Shown here: positions 57,236 to 64,000 of the stretch, one piece after another
How positions within the stretch are numbered: the first letter of the stretch is position 1
Layout of the letters: each line of letters opens with the position of its first letter
Origin: Patescibacteria group bacterium
Lineage (GTDB): Bacteria; Patescibacteriota; Minisyncoccia; Phycocordibacterales; UBA918
Length of the DNA stretch: 64,000 nt
Assembly (NCBI GenBank): GCA_019745315.1
Contig: JAIETH010000001.1
Coordinates: 193,295-257,294 of the forward strand
Direction of reading: 5' to 3'
Notes under the pieces: model-generated
The model's database searches: none
Told to the model about the DNA's origin: nothing
Seen by the model: the letters and a program-made list of their open reading frames with translations, nothing else
Program-made: the position numbers and the translations under genes

Positions 57236-58792
57236 ATGGAGATAATGGCTAATCTTCGCTCTATTCTTGGTCACCTCACCTCAACGCAAAAAGAAGATCA
57301 TGCGTTAGTGGAAAAAGCATACTCTTTTGCTGAACGAGCACATAAAGACCACACGCGGTATTCGGGTGAGCCATATTTCACGCACCTCGCAAGCGTTGCC
57401 GACATGCTGGCTGAAATGGGCATGGGTCCCAAAACTGTTGCGGCAGCACTCCTTCATGATGTCGTTGAAGATATGGGCGTCACTCCTGAGGCAATACGCG
57501 ATGAATTTGGGCCTGAGATTCTCTTCCTTGTCGAAGGTGTTACGAAACTCGGAAGCGTTCGGTACCACGGAACCGATCGACACAATGAAAGTCTTCGCAA
57601 ACTCTTTGTTGCAACAAGTGAGGATATTCGTGTACTCATGATCAAGCTCGTTGATCGTCTGCATAATATGCAGACACTTGAACACGTTCCCAAAGAAAAG
57701 CAGCCACGTATTGCGCGCGAGACACTTGAAATCTATGTACCTGTCGCACACCGTCTTGGTATGGGACGCATTCGTAAGGAACTTGAAGACCTTGCCTTTC
57801 CCTATGTGTACCCTGAAGAATATAAAAAGGTGAATGCGCTCGTCGCCCCCGACATGAAAGATGCGCTCGAGAAACTGGAGAAGCTCCGCAAGACACTTCA
57901 GAAAAAACTAGCAGCAAGCATGAAGGATTTCAAGACGCACTATCGCGTCAAAGGAATGTATAGTCTCTTCCGTAAGCTCGAGCGACGCGAGTGGGACATG
58001 AGTCATATCTATGACCTTTATGCGATTCGTATTATCGTCCCTTCAGTTGACCAGTGCTATCAAGCGCTCGGTATCGTGCATCAAATGTGGCGACCTCTTC
58101 CACAGCGCGTGAAAGACTATATTGCATTTCCTAAACCAAATGGCTACCAATCACTTCATACGACCGTCATCACAAATGACAAGGTAATTCTTGAGATTCA
58201 AATTCGCACTGAACAGATGCATAAAGAATCTGAGTTTGGTGTTGCCTCTCACCTTATATACAAAGATGTGCAAGTTGGACAAACGGCAGCAAACCGCATG
58301 GCAGACTTGATACCGATGCTCTTTCGGCCATTTCTCTGGCGACGTGCCGCAGAAACTCCTGCAGTCACTACAAACAAAGAATACAATATTGAACAAGTTC
58401 CTGAATGGATCAAAGAAATTGCAGAGGTAAATAAAAATACCAAAGATACAGGAGATTTCGTTGCAGAACTTCGTGGCGACTTCTTCAGTCACAGAATTTT
58501 TGCCTTCACCCCCAAAGGCGACGTGATTGATCTCCCGATTGGAGCTTCTGTTATCGACTTTGCATACGCAATACACACTGATGTAGGAAACCATACAGCA
58601 AGCGCTAAGGTAAATGGCAAAATGGTGCAGCTCCATAAAGAACTAGGTAATGGCGATATCGTAGAGATATACACAAAACCAAGTAATAAGCCGAATGCGA
58701 AGTGGCTTAATTTTACGAAGACAGGACTCGCCCAGAGACACATACGACAAAGCATTGCGGATGCACGCAATGCTGAGCGACCGTCTATTTAA
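57236..58792 (+). CDS. rel: bifunctional (p)ppGpp synthetase/hydrolase Rel (short, HD + synthetase + TGS)
   Basis: HD motif HDVVED, synthetase YQSLHTTV, TGS domain near the C-terminus. 518 aa. Confidence 0.9.
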   Translation: MEIMANLRSILGHLTSTQKEDHALVEKAYSFAERAHKDHTRYSGEPYFTHLASVADMLAEMGMGPKTVAAALLHDVVEDMGVTPEAIRDEFGPEILFLVEGVTKLGSVRYHGTDRHNESLRKLFVATSEDIRVLMIKLVDRLHNMQTLEHVPKEKQPRIARETLEIYVPVAHRLGMGRIRKELEDLAFPYVYPEEYKKVNALVAPDMKDALEKLEKLRKTLQKKLAASMKDFKTHYRVKGMYSLFRKLERREWDMSHIYDLYAIRIIVPSVDQCYQALGIVHQMWRPLPQRVKDYIAFPKPNGYQSLHTTVITNDKVILEIQIRTEQMHKESEFGVASHLIYKDVQVGQTAANRMADLIPMLFRPFLWRRAAETPAVTTNKEYNIEQVPEWIKEIAEVNKNTKDTGDFVAELRGDFFSHRIFAFTPKGDVIDLPIGASVIDFAYAIHTDVGNHTASAKVNGKMVQLHKELGNGDIVEIYTKPSNKPNAKWLNFTKTGLAQRHIRQSIADARNAERPSI

Positions 58793-58798
58793 TTAATT

Positions 58799-59833
58799 CT
58801 ACAAAGAAAAGTTTGTGACTGCGTAGAGATCAGTATCATCTTCTTCTTGTTTTTCTTCCTTTGAACGATCGTCAATTGGTGTTTCTTCTTCAGTTTCAAT
58901 AACAGCACCCCCCGCCCCTACCTCGCTTTCAATCGCAGATACTATTCCGTCTCCTGAAGCCACTGCCGCAGCAGCTGCGGGCGCTGCAGCAAGAGCTCCC
59001 TGCTTCTTCTCTTCAACCATAAGTGCGATGATCTTATTAAGGTCATCCGATGAGAAGTAATCGATAACAACCTTTCCTCCAAAGTCAGTTTTTGCAATCT
59101 GTACGCGAGTACCAAGCGCTTCGGTCAAACGCTTTTCAATCTGCACCATTTCATAATTAAGATTTCCCCAATCCTTTTTACGCACCTTATCAACTGCAAT
59201 CTTTCGTGAGATACGCTCCACTTCGCGTACTGAAAGTTTCTTCAAAAGAATTTCTCTGTATAAAACATTCTGCTCGTCAGGTAAATCATTGAGCATAAGG
59301 AGTGTACGCGCATGCCCTTCACTAATACTTCCATGCTGCACTGCAAGCTGAAGAGACTCCGGCAAAAGCAAGAGACGCATTGTATTTGAAACATATTCAC
59401 GACTCTTGCCCACCTTCTGCGCAACTTGCGCGTGTGACATAGAGAATTGTTCTGCAAGCTGCTTGAATGCATGCGCTCTATCAATAGAGTTAAGATCTTC
59501 GCGCTGGAGGTTTTCAATGATCGCAAGCTCAAGCTTCATTCTGTCGCTTTCAGCGCCATCACGGATAATGACCGGCACCTGTTCAACACCAGCGAGGCGT
59601 GACGCACGAAGACGTCGCTCTCCAGCGATCAATTCATATTCAACTGCAAGACCTCCATCATCCTTTTGTACTTCTTTTCGCGTCACAACAAGCGGCTGCA
59701 ATACTCCATACTGTCGAATAGAATCTGCGAGGTCTTTGAGGCGCGCCTCATCGAACTCACGGCGTGGCTGAAATGGATTAGGGAAGATTTTATGTACCTC
59801 TACCCAGAAAATTGCATCGTTTTTAAATGACAT
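58799..59833 (-). CDS. parB: ParB/Spo0J-family partition protein with acidic C-terminal tail
   Basis: GERRLRASRLAGVEQVPVIIRD ParB box and HTH. No adjacent parA. Confidence 0.85.
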   Translation of the reverse strand: MSFKNDAIFWVEVHKIFPNPFQPRREFDEARLKDLADSIRQYGVLQPLVVTRKEVQKDDGGLAVEYELIAGERRLRASRLAGVEQVPVIIRDGAESDRMKLELAIIENLQREDLNSIDRAHAFKQLAEQFSMSHAQVAQKVGKSREYVSNTMRLLLLPESLQLAVQHGSISEGHARTLLMLNDLPDEQNVLYREILLKKLSVREVERISRKIAVDKVRKKDWGNLNYEMVQIEKRLTEALGTRVQIAKTDFGGKVVIDYFSSDDLNKIIALMVEEKKQGALAAAPAAAAAVASGDGIVSAIESEVGAGGAVIETEEETPIDDRSKEEKQEEDDTDLYAVTNFSL

Positions 59834-59910
59834 ATGTAAATGTTATAACGCAGACATTGTAGCATAGTGAGAATTGAGAAAAAGTGGAAATACTGCTATA
59901 TTTTCCAAAC

Positions 59911-59991
59911 GCCGGAGTGGTGGAATGGTATACACGGTGGATTCAAAACCCACTGCCGCAAGGCTTGAGAGTTCAAGTCTCTCCTCCGGCA
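59911..59991 (+). tRNA. tRNA-Leu (anticodon CAA)
   Basis: GCCGGAG acceptor stem pairing with CTCCGGC. Anticodon loop TTCAAAA. Long variable arm. T-arm GAGAG-TTCAAGT-CTCTC. Discriminator A. Confidence 0.8.
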
Positions 59992-59994
59992 CAA

Positions 59995-60185
59995 AGAGCG
60001 AAGCGACTATGTGCCGTAAAAAGTGCTTGCACTTTTTAGGAGAGACTTGAAGACCTTGCGAGCTATCTTTTCAAGTTTTTACGCAGAAAAGTAGCCACAA
60101 GGTGTACAGATCCTGTAAGGATCAAGTCTCATAAGGCAGAGCGAAGCGAAGTATTGTGACGGAGGAGAGACTTGAAGGCCGCAGA
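59995..60185. repeat. degenerate repeat units downstream of tRNA-Leu, including antisense (60038-60052, 60163-60177) and sense (60121-60131) partial copies of its T-arm
   Basis: AGAGCGAAGCGA occurs at 59995 and 60138. AGGAGAGACTTGAAG occurs at 60038 and 60163, and is the reverse complement of TTCAAGTCTCTCCT in the tRNA. A hairpin AAAAAGTGC-TT-GCACTTTTT sits at 60018-60037. Confidence 0.6.
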
Positions 60186-60190
60186 TACAC

Positions 60191-60224
60191 AAAAATAAAC
60201 AGCCTGGGAGGCTGTTTATTTTTG
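60191..60224. terminator. bidirectional terminator AAACAGCCT-GGG-AGGCTGTTT with A- and T-runs
   Basis: Seen in the sequence. Confidence 0.65.
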
Positions 60225-60390
60225 TGTATCGAGGCGGGGTCGCAGAAATTTTGCTCAAAGCAAAATTATCTGTGACCAAGTCTTTCTCGTCCCAATTGAC
60301 CCCCACACCCTATCGTGCTTTACTCTCGGCAGAACAGAGAACACTGATCCAATTGCACCCGCAATTAGATCACAGGAACAGGAGCAAAAA

Positions 60391-60783
60391 ATGTTCATGA
60401 TCTTGATCCTATTTCCCGCCGGGTACCTCATCAATATCCCCTATAGCTACCTCGCCGGAAACGAACGTCCATTTGAGTTAAGCTTCCTGGTCTACTTCCA
60501 AGGAGTGTCCTTATTTATATTTTGGTTCTTTTGGGAGCTTATCGTCGATCGCGACCACCCTCGACCCTCACGAAAACTGATTGCGAGCTTCTGGTACTTT
60601 CTATGCTACTGGCTCTCCCCAATTGCGCTGAATGGACTCGCCATCCTACTCCACGCATGGGAATATACGGAGTCGGCGGCGCTTGTATTCGAGCATCGAT
60701 ACACGACCCTCTGGGCTACCATACTCGTGGCTCTATGCTTTTTTATGGCCCAGCGGATCTGGGTACAGCAAAGAGTTCACTAA
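60391..60783 (+). CDS. hypothetical membrane protein
   Basis: 130 aa with 4 TM helices. AGGAGC RBS. The terminator ACCACCT-(7)-AGGTGGT + T7 follows at 60787-60813. Confidence 0.45.
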   Translation: MFMILILFPAGYLINIPYSYLAGNERPFELSFLVYFQGVSLFIFWFFWELIVDRDHPRPSRKLIASFWYFLCYWLSPIALNGLAILLHAWEYTESAALVFEHRYTTLWATILVALCFFMAQRIWVQQRVH

Positions 60784-60883
60784 CGCACCACCTCTCAACC
60801 AGGTGGTTTTTTTAAAAATACTACAAAGAAATATGTGTATTGAATAAACAACTTGCTATACTATTTGAGAAAAATCACCCACT

Positions 60884-61534
60884 ATGCAGAATCCACTTCA
60901 AAAAAATATACTGAGTAATGCCTCTTTGTGGGTACTCCTTCTTTCAAATATCATTGTTATTTATATCGCGCTCACAGAAGGATGGAACTTGACGACCCTC
61001 CTCTGGGTGTATTGGTTTCAAAGTATTGTGATTGGATTTTTTCATTTCATTCGCATACTCCAATTACAAGAATTTTCTACTGAGGGTTTTAAAATAAATG
61101 GTCAACCTGCTCAGCCAACACGCAGAACAAAAATTTTCACTGCGTACTTCTTTTTATTTCATTACGGTATTTTTCATATTGTGTATCTGATATTCCTCCT
61201 CACCGGTACCTTCACTGAGACGTACGGAGAAAGTCTTAATATTACTGAATCAAAAGCAATTCTATATGCTGCGTTAGTATTTTTTATTAACCATCTCTTT
61301 TCTTTTTTCTACAACAGACCGCGAGATACGAAGAAGCAAAATATCGGAGCATTGATGTTTTACCCCTACGCACGGATACTACCTATGCACCTCACCATTA
61401 TTCTGAGCTCGCTCTTTACGAGCGCCCTTCTTTTCTTCCTCGTACTTAAAACTTTTTCAGATATTCTGATGCATGTCATTGAGCATAAGGTTATTAAAAA
61501 GGAAGAGGAACAAAAATATCCAGCTACCAACTAA
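60884..61534 (+). CDS. hypothetical polytopic membrane protein
   Basis: 216 aa with about 6 TM helices. Confidence 0.45.
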   Translation: MQNPLQKNILSNASLWVLLLSNIIVIYIALTEGWNLTTLLWVYWFQSIVIGFFHFIRILQLQEFSTEGFKINGQPAQPTRRTKIFTAYFFLFHYGIFHIVYLIFLLTGTFTETYGESLNITESKAILYAALVFFINHLFSFFYNRPRDTKKQNIGALMFYPYARILPMHLTIILSSLFTSALLFFLVLKTFSDILMHVIEHKVIKKEEEQKYPATN

Positions 61535-61646
61535 GACCAGCCTGCGCCTCAGATAAGACCATTAAGGATAAATGTGGCTTTAAAAAACGCTCGTTTCGTC
61601 CCCACCCTACCCACAGAAAAAGACACATACGACGTTTAAGCCCCCG

Positions 61647-61655
61647 TGCTACAAT
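61647..61655 (+). promoter_or_regulatory. extended -10 promoter element TGcTACAAT, 9 nt upstream of the dnaB ATG (leaderless configuration)
   Basis: Seen in the sequence. There is no SD before the ATG at 61665. Confidence 0.35.
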
Positions 61656-61664
61656 AGCCGCACT

Positions 61665-63095
61665 ATGGCAGACGATACACGACAAAGCCCAACACCAACA
61701 CAAGGTGGTGCACGCGAAAAATCAAAAGGGCTTCGTGTACCTCCTCACAACCTTGATGCTGAACGAGCGCTCCTTGGCGCTATCATGCTCCGGCCTGACT
61801 CAATGCATGACGTATCAATCCTCATTGTTCCTGATTCATTTTATGCAGGAAAGCACGGCGATATCTACCGAGCGATCCTTGATCTTTTCTCAAAAGGAAA
61901 TCCTGTTGATCTTGTATCAATCTCTCACCTCCTCACCGAACGAGGATCTCTTGATCGCGTGGGAGGAGCGAGCTACATCACTGAACTTGTTGACGCTGTA
62001 CCAGCCGCAGGAAATGCGCAGTACTACGCTGAGCTTGTAAGTCAAAAGCATCTACTCCGCAATCTCATACGTGCAGCTGACGAGATCGCAGAACTTGGTT
62101 TCTCAAACCCTGAGGATGTGGATGCAATTCTTGATACCGCTGAAAAGCGCATCTATCAGATCACGCAGTCCCCTACCTCACAGAAGTTTATTTCAATCCG
62201 CGAAACCTTGGGCGAAGCATGGGGTAGGCTTGAAAAACTTCATGCATCAAAAGAAGAGATTCGTGGTGTGAAGTCAGGATTCCCGGCGCTTGATAACATG
62301 CTTGCAGGATTTCAAAAATCAGACCTCATCATTCTTGCAGCGCGTCCGAGTATGGGAAAATCTACTTTTGCCCTTGATATCACACGGAATGCAGCAATAA
62401 ATCACGGAGCAAAAGTTGCGTTCTTCTCTCTTGAAATGAGTTCACAATCTCTTGTAGATCGCATGCTCGCTGCGGAAGCTAAGGTTGATGCATGGAAACT
62501 CCGCACAGGAAAACTCTCGTCTGATAATGAATTCGCACTGGTGCAAGAAGCACTCGGACGATTGAGCGAAGCACCTATTTATTTTGATGACCAACCAGGA
62601 ACAAACATCCTCAAGATGCGCTCATCTGCGCGACGACTTAAAAATGAACACGGACTTGATCTCATCATTGTTGACTACCTCCAGCTCATGATGCCAACAC
62701 AATCTCGCGGAAGCGACTCAATGGTGCAGCAGGTTACAGAAATTTCTCGTTCACTTAAAAACCTTGCTCGTGAACTTGATGTACCGGTGATTGCGCTCTC
62801 TCAGCTCTCGCGTGCTGTTGAGCAGCGTGGTGGTAAGCCCCGATTGTCTGACCTTCGCGACTCTGGATCTATCGAGCAGGATGCGGATATCGTGATGTTC
62901 ATCCACCGCGATGACAAATTGAATCCTAATTCAGACAAGCCAAACATTGCAGAAATCATGATCGAGAAACACCGCAACGGGCCAACTGGCTATATCGAAC
63001 TCTACTTTGACGCAAAACGAACTACATTCCTTTCTTTGGATACAAACAATGCGTTCCAGGGAGCTACTTCAGGCGGCGGAGACGAAGACTTTTAA
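61665..63095 (+). CDS. dnaB: replicative DNA helicase DnaB
   Basis: The N-terminal domain PPHNLDAERALLGAIML. Walker A ARPSMGKSTFALDI. RecA-like C-terminus. Confidence 0.95.
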   Translation: MADDTRQSPTPTQGGAREKSKGLRVPPHNLDAERALLGAIMLRPDSMHDVSILIVPDSFYAGKHGDIYRAILDLFSKGNPVDLVSISHLLTERGSLDRVGGASYITELVDAVPAAGNAQYYAELVSQKHLLRNLIRAADEIAELGFSNPEDVDAILDTAEKRIYQITQSPTSQKFISIRETLGEAWGRLEKLHASKEEIRGVKSGFPALDNMLAGFQKSDLIILAARPSMGKSTFALDITRNAAINHGAKVAFFSLEMSSQSLVDRMLAAEAKVDAWKLRTGKLSSDNEFALVQEALGRLSEAPIYFDDQPGTNILKMRSSARRLKNEHGLDLIIVDYLQLMMPTQSRGSDSMVQQVTEISRSLKNLARELDVPVIALSQLSRAVEQRGGKPRLSDLRDSGSIEQDADIVMFIHRDDKLNPNSDKPNIAEIMIEKHRNGPTGYIELYFDAKRTTFLSLDTNNAFQGATSGGGDEDF

Positions 63096-63232
63096 TGTGA
63101 GCATGGCTTATTTCGTAAGTAAAAAACTCAGATACAAGGGTGAAATATGCTGGGAGCATATTTCACGGAGTGAAAGCCCGAGGCGTATTCAATATACGAT
63201 GAGAGGATTGAACGACGCAGACAACGCAGTAG

Positions 63233-63901
63233 GTGAGATTTTTTAATACGAAATATATGACTCCCATAGAAAGACTCGCTCTACTCTTTGAAAAATTCCC
63301 TGGCATAGGTCCTCGACAAGCACAACGCTTTGTCTATCACCTCCTCACACAAGACGGAGAGTATGTAAGCTCACTAACATCCCTCATTCAAGACGTACGG
63401 AGTGGTGTGCGAGAATGCGCGATGTGCTTTCGTTTTTTTGCGCACGGAAAAACTACCAACCTCTGCTCTATTTGTAGTAACAGCGAACGCGACCACACGC
63501 TTCTGATGATCATAGAGCGTGATGCAGACATAACACCGATTGAACGCTCAAAGACGTATAACGGTCTCTATTTTGTATTTGGTGGCACCATTCCACTTCT
63601 TGATCAGCACCACACAAAGAAAACACGAGGACCAGCGCTCCGAGCAATTATAGAAAAGCGACTTCAAGAAGGATTAAAAGAAGTAATTCTTGCGTTTTCA
63701 GTTAATCCTGATGGCGAAAACACGACACGCTATGTAGAAGTGCAGCTTGCACCATTTCAAGAGAAAGGTCTTTTGGTCTCAATCCTCGGCCGAGGCCTTT
63801 CGACAGGAAGTGAGCTTGAGTACGCTGACGCCGAGACTATCAAAAATGCCCTTAAAAACCGCTCAAAACAAGGCTTTTTAGAGATCCCACCTGAAGAATA
63901 A
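63233..63901 (+). CDS. recR: recombination protein RecR
   Basis: HhH, a C4 zinc finger (CAMCF...CSICS) and a Toprim domain. The probable start is MTPIERL. Confidence 0.9.
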   Translation: MRFFNTKYMTPIERLALLFEKFPGIGPRQAQRFVYHLLTQDGEYVSSLTSLIQDVRSGVRECAMCFRFFAHGKTTNLCSICSNSERDHTLLMIIERDADITPIERSKTYNGLYFVFGGTIPLLDQHHTKKTRGPALRAIIEKRLQEGLKEVILAFSVNPDGENTTRYVEVQLAPFQEKGLLVSILGRGLSTGSELEYADAETIKNALKNRSKQGFLEIPPEE

Positions 63902-64000
63902 TACAAGAACATCATTTCAATATCTTGCATAGATATTGACAAATATACTATATAGTGTTAATGTTATACCGGATTGTTACGGCGAGCAAAACGCACGCCT

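Noticed and set aside
59995-60306. CRISPR array or coding ORF 60079-60306 (-) downstream of tRNA-Leu
   Set aside because: The repeats are degenerate, irregularly spaced and derived from the tRNA T-arm, not uniform CRISPR repeats. The ORF has no RBS and spans terminator hairpins.

Overview
The window reads as a small, AT-rich bacterial genome, compatible with an uncultivated small-genome lineage (CPR/Patescibacteria-like). I infer that only from gene content: short dnaX, a 518-aa Rel, and many N-terminally anchored secreted proteins carrying lectin, DM13, Gmad2, MliC and META domains. Housekeeping genes I recognise are a ROK glucokinase (partial), pgi, rpmA, rplI, cysS, serS, dnaX, dnaB, recR, topA, rel, parB, dprA, ftsQ-like and dus, plus tRNA-Gln(TTG) and tRNA-Leu(CAA). 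Four things stand out. (1) A 938-aa single-chain fusion of a PHP phosphoesterase to an SMC/SbcC-like ABC ATPase sits in an accessory block between two P-loop proteins, directly next to tRNA-Gln. That tRNA's 3' end is duplicated in direct and inverted orientation around a hairpin-rich 230-bp module. This block is the best candidate for an undescribed defence or DNA-processing system on a decayed tRNA-integrated island. (2) There are at least ten short GC-rich islands (about 55-60% GC against about 35-45% elsewhere). Each carries one or two small genes with a canonical AGGAGG ribosome-binding site and its own hairpin/T-run terminator, whereas the AT-rich core genes show essentially no Shine-Dalgarno sequences. 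(3) A three-gene cluster couples a CrtI-like FAD oxidoreductase (ATGA overlap), a UbiA prenyltransferase and a GT1 glycosyltransferase, consistent with a glycosylated isoprenoid product. (4) Several small proteins with strong ribosome-binding sites and terminators are absent from the ORF track, including a 52-aa one at 30716-30874 and a 39-aa membrane peptide at 54596-54715. A near-identical palindromic terminator motif recurs, and tRNA-Leu is followed by degenerate partial sense and antisense copies of its own T-arm. There is no CRISPR array, rRNA gene or recognisable transposase.
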